Shown piece by piece: positions 28,647 through 38,491 of a stretch of DNA of 59,267 nucleotides. Under the pieces are notes generated by a model that saw only the letters and a list, made by a program, of their open reading frames with translations, had not been told where the DNA came from and did no database searches. The position numbers and the translations under genes are program-made. The first letter of the stretch is position 1; each line of letters starts with the position of its first letter. Source of the DNA: Hyphomicrobiales bacterium (GTDB lineage Bacteria; Pseudomonadota; Alphaproteobacteria; Rhizobiales; Beijerinckiaceae); NCBI GenBank assembly GCA_019246665.1, contig JAFAQA010000524.1:1-59267 (forward strand). The letters run 5' to 3'.

Positions 28647-30152
28647 TTGATGGCGACACGGGTCGATCATTGCGTCATCCGTGGCGGTCGGGTCCTCGAC
28701 ATCCGGCGCCATGCCGCGGAGCTGGCCGACATTCTGGTGGTGGGCGACACAATCCGCGAGATCGGGCCTCCAGGCCTGGAGGCACCGGCCGGAGCCGTTG
28801 TGATCGAGGCCGCCGACCTCCTGCTCCTGCCCGGCCTCGTCAATGCGCACACGCACGGCCATGGCCATCTGGGGAAGGGTTCAGGTGACCGCTGGACGCT
28901 CGAGCTTCTCCTCAACGCGGGTCCCGCACTCAACAGTAACCGAACGCTGGAGGACAAGTATCTCGCGTGCCTTCTCGGCGGGCTCGACATGATCCGGTCG
29001 GGCACAACTGCCTGCTACGATCTTTTCTACGAGTTCCCCCTGCCAAGTTTCGAGGGGCTGGAAGCGGCCGCACGCGGCTACCGCGACGCAGGGCTGCGGG
29101 TCGTGCTCGCGCCGATGGTCGCAGACCATAGCTTCTACGAGGCCATTCACGGCCTCCTCGAGGCGTTGCCAGCGGCGCAGCGTGAAATGGTGGAGCGGTT
29201 TCGCCTCGCGCCGGCCGCTGAAACGCTGTCGGCGCTTGAGGCTATTGTCTCGCGCTGGCCTTTCGATGCGTCCGAGGCTGGCCTAGCGCTAGCGCCGACG
29301 ATCCCACTCCACTGCAGCGACGATTTCCTCACCGCTTGCAGTTCGCTCGCCCGTGGGGCCAGCCTCGGCCTTCACATGCATCTGGCGGAATCCAAGGTGC
29401 AGGCGGTCGCCGGCATGAGGCGCTACGGCCGCACTCTGACGGCGCATATCGAAAGCCTCGGCGTGCTCGGGCCGCACTTCACGGCGGCCCATGCAGTCTG
29501 GCTCGACGACGACGACATCTCGCGGCTGGCGGACCACGGGGCGAGCATCGCGCATAATCCTGGCAGCAACCTGCGTCTCGGCTCCGGGATCGCCCCGGCT
29601 CGACGAATGCGGGAGCGCGGCCTCTCCGTCGGCATCGGCACCGACGGGTCCCAATGTTCGGACAATCAAAACATGTTCGAGGCGACCCGGCTTGCCTCTT
29701 TTTCCAGCCGCATCGTTTCGCCTGACCCGGAGTGCTGGCTCTCCACTGACGAGGCCCTGACCATGGCGACGGAGGGCAGCGCCCGAGCGCTCGGTCTCGG
29801 CCGACACGTCGGCCGGATCGCGCCCGGCCTCAAGGCGGATATTGTTTTTCTCGATCTCGGCAACCTCAACTTCGTGCCTTTTAACGATCCGACGAACCAG
29901 GTCGTCCTCACCGAGAACGGCGCGGCGGTCGATAGCGTCATGATCGGCGGCCGCATCGTGCTCGACCGTGGCCGGTTCACGACCTTTGACGTCCACCGGT
30001 TACGGGAGCGGGTAAGCGAGCGCGTCGCTGCGCTGCGGGAGCAAAATCGCGATCTCGCGGCGCTGACGCTCGGGTTGGAGAAGGTCGTCAGTCATTTCTG
30101 CGTTGGCCTCGCCCGCAGCCACTATCATGTCGAGCGCTTTGTTCCCGCGTAA
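28647..30152 (+). CDS. Amidohydrolase/deaminase (MtaD/AtzB-like)
   Basis: PGLVNAHTH, HMHLAES, AHAVW, HNPGSN..LGSG and GTDG motifs. Confidence 0.9.
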   Translation: MMATRVDHCVIRGGRVLDIRRHAAELADILVVGDTIREIGPPGLEAPAGAVVIEAADLLLLPGLVNAHTHGHGHLGKGSGDRWTLELLLNAGPALNSNRTLEDKYLACLLGGLDMIRSGTTACYDLFYEFPLPSFEGLEAAARGYRDAGLRVVLAPMVADHSFYEAIHGLLEALPAAQREMVERFRLAPAAETLSALEAIVSRWPFDASEAGLALAPTIPLHCSDDFLTACSSLARGASLGLHMHLAESKVQAVAGMRRYGRTLTAHIESLGVLGPHFTAAHAVWLDDDDISRLADHGASIAHNPGSNLRLGSGIAPARRMRERGLSVGIGTDGSQCSDNQNMFEATRLASFSSRIVSPDPECWLSTDEALTMATEGSARALGLGRHVGRIAPGLKADIVFLDLGNLNFVPFNDPTNQVVLTENGAAVDSVMIGGRIVLDRGRFTTFDVHRLRERVSERVAALREQNRDLAALTLGLEKVVSHFCVGLARSHYHVERFVPA

Positions 30153-30270
30153 GGGCCGTGTGGCCGCGAGCCCAGGCGGGGGTGGCGAAGATCGCGCCAC
30201 GCGATCGACGTCCTCACCGGCCGGAACCGCTCGTCATCCGGTCAATCCGAGTCGGGCAGAGGGTGGGCTG

Positions 30271-31386
30271 ATGAGCGGCGCGAACGCGGGCAAATGGCTG
30301 GTCCTTGAACGAGTGACCAAGCGCTACTCCAACTTCCTCGCTGTCGACGGGATTGATCTAGAGCTGAGGAATGGGGAGTTCCTGACCATCCTCGGGCCGA
30401 GCGGTTCTGGCAAGACCACCACCTTGATGATGGTCGCGGGTTTTACGCCCCCGACAAGCGGCTCCATTCTCATGAACGGGCGTTCCATTGCCGGGCTAGC
30501 CCCGGAGCGGCGCAACATCGGCGTGGTGTTCCAGAACTATGCGCTCTTCCCCCACATGAGCGTCGCGGAAAACGTCGCGTTCCCGCTGAAGATGCGCAGT
30601 GAGACCCGTAGCATCACGTCCGAAAGGGTCGCCCGGGCGCTCGACATGGTGCAGCTCGGCGGGTTGGGCGGGCGCCTGCCGCGGCAGCTCTCGGGTGGCC
30701 AGCAGCAACGGGTAGCACTCGCAAGAGCTCTCGTCTTCGGTCCGGACCTCCTTCTCATGGACGAGCCGCTCGGCGCGCTCGACAAGAACCTGCGCGAGCA
30801 GATGCAGTTCGAGCTGAAGCGCCTGCATGTCAATCTTGGCATCACGGTGCTTTACGTCACCCACGATCAGGAGGAGGCGCTCACCATGGCGGACCGGGTG
30901 GCGCTGATGAATCGGGGCCGCATCGAGCAGATCGGCCCAGCCGAGACCCTTTACGAGCGACCTGCGAACCGCTTTGTCGCCGAGTTCGTCGGTGAATCCA
31001 ACATCCTCTCCGGCGTCCTTGAACCCACACACGAGGCCGGCCGCGCGTGGTTCGTGCCCGCCCGGGGTCCTCGCTTCCTGGTTTCACTCGACCGGTCCGA
31101 AACGCCTCCCGGTGAAGACTGCCTACTCGTCGTTCGGCCCGAAAAGCTTTCGCTCGGGCCCGCCGCGGATGCGGGCGATGAAGGGCTCCGAGGCCGGGTT
31201 ACGCAACTCGTCTATGTTGGCGATTTCACTCGCTATCGGGTCGAGCTCGACGGCGGCTTGGTGCTGACGCTGAAGAGACCCAACAGCACGAGATCGTTTC
31301 GGCCGGCCGAGGGAGAGGCGGTCCGCCTTTTCCTCGACCCCGATGATGTCTGCATTCTTCGAGACCGCAAAGGAGAGAGGACATGA
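30271..31386 (+). CDS. PotA-like ABC transporter ATPase
   Basis: [25 protein letters not shown] and DEPLGALD motifs. Confidence 0.95.
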   Translation: MSGANAGKWLVLERVTKRYSNFLAVDGIDLELRNGEFLTILGPSGSGKTTTLMMVAGFTPPTSGSILMNGRSIAGLAPERRNIGVVFQNYALFPHMSVAENVAFPLKMRSETRSITSERVARALDMVQLGGLGGRLPRQLSGGQQQRVALARALVFGPDLLLMDEPLGALDKNLREQMQFELKRLHVNLGITVLYVTHDQEEALTMADRVALMNRGRIEQIGPAETLYERPANRFVAEFVGESNILSGVLEPTHEAGRAWFVPARGPRFLVSLDRSETPPGEDCLLVVRPEKLSLGPAADAGDEGLRGRVTQLVYVGDFTRYRVELDGGLVLTLKRPNSTRSFRPAEGEAVRLFLDPDDVCILRDRKGERT

Positions 31387-32474
31387 ACAGACGTGACATT
31401 CTCAAGGCGGCGGGCGTCGTCTCGGGCGCGGCGGCGATGGGACCCTTCTTCCATGTCGGCCCGGCTCGAGCCGACCAGGGCGAGCTCGTCGTCGTTAGCT
31501 GGGGCGGCGATTACGACCAGGCGTTGCGCGATCTCGTCTTCCCGGCCTTCGAGAAAGAGACCGGCTATCGGGTCAAGCTCGATGCCCCGCCGGAAACGGC
31601 GAAAATCAGAGCGATGGTGCAGAGTGGCAACATCGCTTGGGACGTCGTCTTGACCGACATTCCGGCTGTCCTCACTCTGATGAAGGACGACCTTCTCGAG
31701 CCGATCGACTACGGCGTCCTCGACCAGGCCAAGCTCGGCCGGATCCCGAAGGAGCTGCAGCGGTCCCATGCGCTAGGGCAGCGGATTTATTCCTTCAATA
31801 TCCTCTACAATTCCAAGATGATCCCCAAGGACAAACACCCGCGAAACTGGGCGGATGTTTGGGACGGCAAAGCATTTCCGGGTGGCCGCACCTTCAACTT
31901 TCAGGGGGGTATCGAGCCTCAGCTCGAGACTGCCCTTCTGGCCGACGGCGTGCCAATCGACAAACTCTATCCGCTCGACGTCGAGAGAGCGTGGAAGATG
32001 TACGACAGGCTGCGGCCGCTCGTCACCAAATGGTACACATCCCATGCCGAGGCAATCCAGCTTCTCACGGCCGGAGAGGCAAGCATCGGCTGCACCATCG
32101 GCCCACGCGGTATCACGGCAAAGCACAACGGCGCCCCGATAGAGGTCGAGTACAACCAGGGCAAGCTCGCCTCCGACAATTGGTGCCTCGTCAAGGGCGT
32201 GCGGAACAAGAAGGTTGCGCTCGAATTCATCAACCACGCCATCGATGGCAAGGCACAAGCAGGCATCGCGCAGCGCGTGCCGTATGGGCCGAGCAACGTC
32301 GCCGCGTTCGACTTCCTCTCGCCTCAGGAGGCGGCCGATCTCAACACCTCGCCCGAGAACATCAAAGAACAGTATTGGCAGAACGTCGAATGGTGGAGCA
32401 GCGTGGAGCCGAACGGCAAAACGCAGCGCGAAATCCAGGCACAACGCTTCGCTACCTGGATGCTGAAGGGCTGA
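31383..32474 (+). CDS. PotD-like ABC substrate-binding protein, Tat signal
   Basis: MNRRDILK signal, VSWGG.Y, W.D.WD...FPG.R, LLADGV and YGPSN. Confidence 0.9.
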   Translation: MNRRDILKAAGVVSGAAAMGPFFHVGPARADQGELVVVSWGGDYDQALRDLVFPAFEKETGYRVKLDAPPETAKIRAMVQSGNIAWDVVLTDIPAVLTLMKDDLLEPIDYGVLDQAKLGRIPKELQRSHALGQRIYSFNILYNSKMIPKDKHPRNWADVWDGKAFPGGRTFNFQGGIEPQLETALLADGVPIDKLYPLDVERAWKMYDRLRPLVTKWYTSHAEAIQLLTAGEASIGCTIGPRGITAKHNGAPIEVEYNQGKLASDNWCLVKGVRNKKVALEFINHAIDGKAQAGIAQRVPYGPSNVAAFDFLSPQEAADLNTSPENIKEQYWQNVEWWSSVEPNGKTQREIQAQRFATWMLKG

Positions 32475-32599
32475 GGAGCGCCGACGTGCTCGCAATCCCC
32501 ATCGTGCCTTTCGACGCAGTGCTATCGCGTAGCGAGTGGCGTGCGGCGCGATCGGACCGCGTGCCCGGCCCACAGTTGGCGGAAAGAGGGTAAGGAAGA

Positions 32600-33472
32600 A
32601 TGGTGATGGCAGGGCAGCGCCGGCCCATGGGGCCGGGGCAGGCGGGGTTCTGGCGCTCGCGCCAGGGCTTGCTCGTTCTGCCGCCCCTGATCTTCTACCT
32701 CCTCGTCTACATTTATCCCCTGTCGCGCCTATGGGCCTGGAGCTTCTTCGACCAGCATTTCACGCTGGAATTCTACCGTGAACTGTTCGACGAGCCGGCC
32801 TATTTCAAGGCTCTCACGAACACGCTCGAGATCAGCTTCCTGGCAGCGGCGCTCTCGCTGATGCTCGGCTATCCGATGGCCTATCTCATGGCGACCACTT
32901 CGCCGCGAGCCCGCAACGTGCTGATGGCGTTCGTGCTGATCCCGTTCTGGACAAGCATTCTGGTACGCACCTTCGCGTGGATCGTGATCCTCGGCAAGAA
33001 CGGCCTCGTCAACCACCTGCTGGGCAGGCTCGGACTGATTGATGAGCCAGCCAAGCTCCTGTTCAATATGACGAGCGTGCAGATAGGCATGGTCCATGTC
33101 CTTCTGCCGTTCATGGTGTTTCCGCTCTACGGGGTCATGTCGCGGATCGATCCGAGCCTGGTGCGCGTGGCGCGCAGCCTTGGCGCCTCGCCGCGCCGGG
33201 CCTTCTTGCGCGTCTTCCTCCCGCTCAGTCTCCCGGGCATAGGCGCTGGCTGTGTGATCACCTTCCTCCTGGCGGTCGGCTTCTACGTGACGCCGGCACT
33301 CCTCGGCGGCCAGGGAGAAATCACCCTGGTGATGCTGATCGACATGATGGTCAACACACTCCTCAACTGGGGGTTGGCAGCGACCCTCGGCATCGTGCTG
33401 CTCGTCGTGGTCGGGATCATTTTCGCGGTCTTCAGCTCTCTGTTGGGCGTTGAACGCGTCACGGGTAAGTAG
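32600..33472 (+). CDS. PotB-like ABC permease
   Basis: PFWTSILVRTFAW and ARSLGASP motifs. Confidence 0.93.
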   Translation: MVMAGQRRPMGPGQAGFWRSRQGLLVLPPLIFYLLVYIYPLSRLWAWSFFDQHFTLEFYRELFDEPAYFKALTNTLEISFLAAALSLMLGYPMAYLMATTSPRARNVLMAFVLIPFWTSILVRTFAWIVILGKNGLVNHLLGRLGLIDEPAKLLFNMTSVQIGMVHVLLPFMVFPLYGVMSRIDPSLVRVARSLGASPRRAFLRVFLPLSLPGIGAGCVITFLLAVGFYVTPALLGGQGEITLVMLIDMMVNTLLNWGLAATLGIVLLVVVGIIFAVFSSLLGVERVTGK

Positions 33473-33481
33473 GAGCAGCGT

Positions 33482-34288
33482 ATGGAATCCGAGAAGATCG
33501 GCGTCTTCCGCGTCGTGCTCTGGGTCATCGGCATTCTAGTAAGTGTGTTCCTGGTCGCGCCCATCATCATCGTCATGATCACGTCGCTCAACGAGATGCC
33601 TTATATGGAGTTTCCTCCCCATCGCTTGTCGCTGCGTTGGTATCGCAATTTCTTCACCTCGCCGCACTGGTTCGAGCCTGCGCTGCTCAGTGTTCGCGTC
33701 GCATTTGCGACTGCCGTCAGCGCCGCTTTCCTCGGCACGCTGGCCGCCATCGGCATCGGACGCGGCCAGTTCCGCTTCCGCCGCGCCCTCGAAATGTTTT
33801 TCGTTTCCCCGCTCGTCGTGCCGGTCGTCGTCCTGGCACTTGGGCTTTATCTCCTGTTCTCCAGCCTCCATGTCCTCGGTACGCCGCTTGCACTCTATCT
33901 TGGCCACACGGTGATCGCGACGCCGCTCGTGATCGTCATCGTGCTCGCCGCAGTCAGGACAGCGGATCCTGAGATGGAGCTCGCGGCCCGGAGCCTGGGC
34001 GCTGGCTACATGAGCGCCCTTTGGCATGTCACCATCCCGATCATCCGGCCCGCCATCTTGTCGGGTACCGCCTTCGCCTTCCTGATCTCGTTCGATGAGG
34101 TCATCATCGCAATCTTCCTCGGCGGCCCCGACGCGACGACTCTGCCAAAGCGCATGTGGGAGACGATCCGGTTCGAGATTGATCCGACGCTGACCGCAAT
34201 CTCCTCGCTGCTCACCTGTGTCGCGGTCCTGATCCTGGTCGGTGCGGAAGGGGTGCGGCGCACCTTCCAGGGCAGGTCGGCCCGCTAA
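33482..34288 (+). CDS. PotC-like ABC permease
   Basis: SLRWY, ELAARSLGA, SFDE and TLPKRMW motifs. Confidence 0.93.
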   Translation: MESEKIGVFRVVLWVIGILVSVFLVAPIIIVMITSLNEMPYMEFPPHRLSLRWYRNFFTSPHWFEPALLSVRVAFATAVSAAFLGTLAAIGIGRGQFRFRRALEMFFVSPLVVPVVVLALGLYLLFSSLHVLGTPLALYLGHTVIATPLVIVIVLAAVRTADPEMELAARSLGAGYMSALWHVTIPIIRPAILSGTAFAFLISFDEVIIAIFLGGPDATTLPKRMWETIRFEIDPTLTAISSLLTCVAVLILVGAEGVRRTFQGRSAR

Positions 34289-34431
34289 CTCGCAATCCGC
34301 GACTTGCCCAGTGCCATGCGCGAATTTCACTGCTTGACGCTGGCCAGAACGAAGGTGACGTTGGTGGGCGCTGCACGGAATCGACCTGCTTGCGGCCAAC
34401 CGTGATCGGTGCCTATGAGGCAAAGACCGCG

Positions 34432-35076
34432 ATGAACCCTCTCACCCTTTACTACGCACCGGGCGCGTGTTCGCTTGCGGCGCACATTGTGCTTGAGGAA
34501 GTCGGAGCAAGGTTCGAGCTTTCGCGCGTCGATCTTTCAGCCAATCAGCAGCACAGCGCCGAATATCTCCGCGTTAACCCGAAGGCTCGCGTGCCAGCGC
34601 TCGCCGATGGCGATTGGGTCTTGACCGAAGCTCCCGCCATCCTGCGCTATGTCGCGGCGCGCCATCCGGCCGTCGGCCTCTGGCCCTGGGATCCTCAGGA
34701 AGAAGCGCGCTGTGCCGAATGGCTCAATTGGCTTTCGTCGACCATTCACGTGGCGTTCGTGCGCGTGCGCCGAGCCGCGCGCTTCGCGACGGAGCCTCGC
34801 GCGGTCGATGATGTTGCCGCCACAGCCAAGAAGGCATGCCGCGAACTTTGGGGTGCGGTCGATGCGAAGTTGGGGAGCGGGCCTTGGGCCCTCGGCGAAC
34901 GTTACAGCGTGGCCGATCCATATTTGCTGGTTTACTGGACTTGGGGACGAGGCCCGGCGCTCGCCTTCGACATGGCGCGGGACTTCCCCCATTGGACCGC
35001 GCATGCACGGCGCCTATCTGCCCGGCCGGCCATCAAGAGGGCTTTCGCAAGCGAGGGCCTTACGCTGCCTTCCTGA
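34432..35076 (+). CDS. Glutathione S-transferase (beta class-like)
   Basis: LYYAPGACSLA.HI.LEE, NPKARVP.L, LTE..AI..Y and YSVAD.YL motifs. Confidence 0.92.
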   Translation: MNPLTLYYAPGACSLAAHIVLEEVGARFELSRVDLSANQQHSAEYLRVNPKARVPALADGDWVLTEAPAILRYVAARHPAVGLWPWDPQEEARCAEWLNWLSSTIHVAFVRVRRAARFATEPRAVDDVAATAKKACRELWGAVDAKLGSGPWALGERYSVADPYLLVYWTWGRGPALAFDMARDFPHWTAHARRLSARPAIKRAFASEGLTLPS

Positions 35077-35109
35077 TCCAGATGCATGCGATCATAAGAA
35101 AGTTGCAAT

Positions 35110-36708
35110 CTATCCCAATGCTTCGATGAGTTCGGTCGATTTGGTCACCGCGGCGACGTTTTGCATCGCATATTCGATGGAAGCTCGGTGCCAGTCGGCG
35201 TTCATCGTCGAGCAGCAATCTTCCGGAACGATGACGAAATATCCTTTGTCGGCCCCCGTGCGAGCAGTGTGCTCAATCGACATATTGGTCCACGCGCCGG
35301 TATCGATGATCGTGTCACGGCCGCCGGATTTCAGGACGATCTCAAGGTGGCTTCCTTCGAAAGCACACATGCGCATCTTTTCGACGATATGGTCTCCGGG
35401 CTGCGGCTCGAGCCCTGCCACTGGGGCAGCGCCCCAGGAGCCGCGCACCATTGCCTTTTGATCGACCACTCCTTCGAAGAGCGGCGCATTGAGCGTAAAG
35501 CCCGGCGCCCCCGGCTCGACCACGAACCAGACATGGACGACCATGACGCCGCGCGAGCGGCACGCTTCCGCCAAACGACGGATGTTCTCGACGACATTTT
35601 GGTCCCGAGCGTGCTGGGGAGAGCCCGAAGAGGCGAAGGCGCCACCCTCCATCATCACGTCGTTCTGCATATCCTGAATGATGAGCGCGCAGCGCGAGGG
35701 GTCGATCGCGAGCGCGCCTGTTCGGATGCCCCGCTCAGGCGCAGAAGCGGAGACATTTGCAGCCGCACCACTTGCAACTCGAGCGGAGCTCGTCGGCGCG
35801 TTCGAACGCATGAACGGCTCGACCCGCGGTCCGATCTTCGTTCTGACAGCATAAAGCGAGTGGGTGGCGCAGATGAAGAGCGTTCTCCAATCCGCCTTGC
35901 CCCAGTGGATATTGGCAACGAGTTCCGGGACCTTGATTTTCCCGAGCAAGGCACCGGAGCGCGAATACACCCACACCCCGCCTGGCGCGGTCACCCAGAT
36001 GTTGCCGGCGCTGTCGCATTTCATGCCGTCCGGCACGCCGGGCTCGAGTTCCGAGCGGATGCCGGAGGCGAAAATCCGGTCGGGTCCGAGCGAGCCGTCC
36101 GACCTCACATCGAAGACGCGGATGAGTGCGCGGACCGTATCGTTCACGTAAAGCTGCCGCTCGTCGGGCGAAAAGCAGAGCCCGTTCGGCTGCTCGAAGA
36201 GATTTCGATCGACGAGAAGCTGCGGCTCCCGATTCCCCGGCCGCACGCGATAGACACCTTGGAAGTCGAGCTGGCGCGGTCGTTCGACGCCGTACACAGG
36301 CATGCGTCCGTACGAAGGATCTGAAAAATAGATCGAACCGTCGGAGTGGACACACACATCATTCGGACTATTGAGTTCCTTGCCCTCGAAGTGCGACGCC
36401 AGAATTTCGCGTTTGCCATCGTGCTCGCGAACAAGCGTCGATGTCGCGTGTTCGCAAACAACCAGGGCAAGCTGCGCATCATAAGTCATGCCGTTGCATT
36501 TGTTGGAAGGTCGCGTGACCTCGCGTATGCCGGCGCGCTCGTCATAACGGCGCCTCACATCAGCCGGCATGTCAGAGAAAAGCAGATACTGATCGCGCGG
36601 ATGCCAGATCGGCCCTTCGGTGAAGGTGAACCCACCCGCCAACCGCTCGACGGGAGCGTCGATGTCGATTAATTCGGAAAACTCGCGACGCAGTGCGGAA
36701 TGGCGCAT
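35110..36708 (-). CDS. SMP-30/gluconolactonase fused to an isochorismatase-like hydrolase domain (nucleophile position Ser)
   Basis: N-part has FTEGP.W, NGMT, NSPND, PNGL.FSPD and PDGM. After an Ala/Ser-rich linker, the C-part has IQDMQND, EKMR and GAWTNMSIEHTAR. Confidence 0.88.
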   Translation of the reverse strand: MRHSALRREFSELIDIDAPVERLAGGFTFTEGPIWHPRDQYLLFSDMPADVRRRYDERAGIREVTRPSNKCNGMTYDAQLALVVCEHATSTLVREHDGKREILASHFEGKELNSPNDVCVHSDGSIYFSDPSYGRMPVYGVERPRQLDFQGVYRVRPGNREPQLLVDRNLFEQPNGLCFSPDERQLYVNDTVRALIRVFDVRSDGSLGPDRIFASGIRSELEPGVPDGMKCDSAGNIWVTAPGGVWVYSRSGALLGKIKVPELVANIHWGKADWRTLFICATHSLYAVRTKIGPRVEPFMRSNAPTSSARVASGAAANVSASAPERGIRTGALAIDPSRCALIIQDMQNDVMMEGGAFASSGSPQHARDQNVVENIRRLAEACRSRGVMVVHVWFVVEPGAPGFTLNAPLFEGVVDQKAMVRGSWGAAPVAGLEPQPGDHIVEKMRMCAFEGSHLEIVLKSGGRDTIIDTGAWTNMSIEHTARTGADKGYFVIVPEDCCSTMNADWHRASIEYAMQNVAAVTKSTELIEALG

Positions 36709-36724
36709 CCGTTGTGTCCTCTCT

Positions 36725-37573
36725 TCAGGCGGGGAACCACTGCCGTCGCGGCAGGGATTGGACGACAGACCCCGGGACAGTGTCTTGCAGGCGGCCCGCG
36801 ACTTGTCCTGCTTCGATCAGCGCCGGACGATCATGGACCGGAAGCACGAAACGCGAGCTCGCGACGACCTTCTTGATCGCGGCCTTCTCCTGGCGCTTGG
36901 TCGTGCCGTGATTGCCGGTGACGCGCGGCTCCATGTCGCCGATTTCGCGGAAAGGTTCGACCAGCTGATCGTTAATGTCGTAGATTACATCTCCGCAGAT
37001 GGTCGCGATCCCTTCATTCGTCTTGACGATCACGTTCATCGAACCCTCGGTGTGCCCGCCGGCTGCCTCGCAGATAACCCCAGGCATCAGCTCGGTTGGC
37101 CCGGAAATCTCGAGGTCGAGAAAGCGCAACGCGCCTTTGGTATGGAGGCGATCGACGAGGTGCTTGATATCGACTGCCGGATATTGGGGGTGCATGAGGC
37201 CCGAAACCGAATATTCCAGCTCGCGTCGATTGATGACGACCGCGGTGTTCATCGGAAAGAGATCGTCCTTGCCGGCGTGATCGATATGCAGATGTGTATG
37301 GAGGACGTAGCGGACGTCACCCAGCTTGAGGCCATGCTTCTTCAGCTGATTCTCTATCATGTTCTCGTAGGATTGCATGCCGCGCATCCCGAGAGTCTCC
37401 ATGATCTGATTTGAGCGGTAGCCTGTATCGACCAGCACGGGCCACGTACCCCCGAGTATGAGAAAGCCCAAAGTCGGCACGCGCCGCGTGCGGCCGCAAT
37501 CGCGTCCGAGGACCAGAAAGCTCGACTCAAGTTCGATATCGCCGTAGTCGAGAATCTTGATTTCGAGCGCCAT
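36725..37573 (-). CDS. Metallo-beta-lactamase-fold lactonase (AHL-lactonase family)
   Basis: VDTG, THLHIDHAG, GHTEG, CGD and PVHD metal ligands. Confidence 0.88.
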   Translation of the reverse strand: MALEIKILDYGDIELESSFLVLGRDCGRTRRVPTLGFLILGGTWPVLVDTGYRSNQIMETLGMRGMQSYENMIENQLKKHGLKLGDVRYVLHTHLHIDHAGKDDLFPMNTAVVINRRELEYSVSGLMHPQYPAVDIKHLVDRLHTKGALRFLDLEISGPTELMPGVICEAAGGHTEGSMNVIVKTNEGIATICGDVIYDINDQLVEPFREIGDMEPRVTGNHGTTKRQEKAAIKKVVASSRFVLPVHDRPALIEAGQVAGRLQDTVPGSVVQSLPRRQWFPA

Positions 37574-37600
37574 TTCGTCCTCCCCGTAGGTCGCGTTTCC

Positions 37601-38491
37601 CTATTGGCCAAGCCGATAAACTTTTGCGGCTGTGCCATGCAGCACCGCCCGAGCCGTCTCTTCGCCCAGCCCTTCGAGCGCGCTTCGGTACGCCGAAACC
37701 AGATCGGAAAAGCGGGTCCACAATTTCTCGATCGGAAAGTTCGAACCGAAGAGGCAGCGCGTCGGACCGAATATTTCAATGGTATCGCGCACCACCGCGG
37801 TGATGTGTGCGGGATCATTGCGGTGGATGAAGGTGCCGAGACCGGATAATTTCGAGACGACGTTCGAGCACGTGGCGAGACGGCACATCCCACTCCGCCA
37901 TCTATCGTAACCTTCCGCGGAAGTGTCCTCCAGCATGCCGGCGTGCTGGAGAATAAACGTGACCTTCGGAGCGCTCTCAGCCAGCTCCGTTGCGCCTTCC
38001 ATCTGCCCCGAAAAGACCTGGAGGTCGAAACTCCAGCCATAGTCGGCGAGGCGCGCGACGTTGCGCTGCAGCGTCGGGTCTCGAGCCAGGTCCGGCCCCG
38101 GCGCAAACCGGTATTGCGGATTCTGGTGCCATTGCAGTTGCATGCGCAAGCCGCGCATGCCCTCGTATTTTGTCAGACGGTCCAGTTGTGGGCGAACATC
38201 CTCTGCGAGAAAATCCGCGTAGCCGACGATAGCTTGTGGAAAGCCGGTCTCGTCGGCGACGCCTTGCACATAGGAGACTTCCTCCTCGAATGCGTCCTGG
38301 CGCCAGTTGCACTGGACATAGACCGATTGGGTGACCTCGCAGCCGGTGATGTCGGCCAGGTACTCGTCGATCGGATAGTCCCTCCGGATCGCCTCGTAGC
38401 TTCCAAAGATGCGCGGCTGCATCGATCCGAGCAGCCATGGCAGGTCGGCGCGCCGCCATATGTGGTGATGAGCATCGATGATCGTCGTCAT
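37601..38491 (-). CDS. Amidohydrolase-2 family protein (sugar lactonase/COG3618-like)
   Basis: IIDAHHHIW, WSFDLQ, LQHAG, SKLSG and FGSNFP motifs. Confidence 0.85.
   Translation of the reverse strand: MTTIIDAHHHIWRRADLPWLLGSMQPRIFGSYEAIRRDYPIDEYLADITGCEVTQSVYVQCNWRQDAFEEEVSYVQGVADETGFPQAIVGYADFLAEDVRPQLDRLTKYEGMRGLRMQLQWHQNPQYRFAPGPDLARDPTLQRNVARLADYGWSFDLQVFSGQMEGATELAESAPKVTFILQHAGMLEDTSAEGYDRWRSGMCRLATCSNVVSKLSGLGTFIHRNDPAHITAVVRDTIEIFGPTRCLFGSNFPIEKLWTRFSDLVSAYRSALEGLGEETARAVLHGTAAKVYRLGQ

Noticed and set aside
36725-37573. Quorum-quenching AHL lactonase
   Set aside because: Family-level motifs only; its place in a catabolic operon suggests a pathway lactonase.
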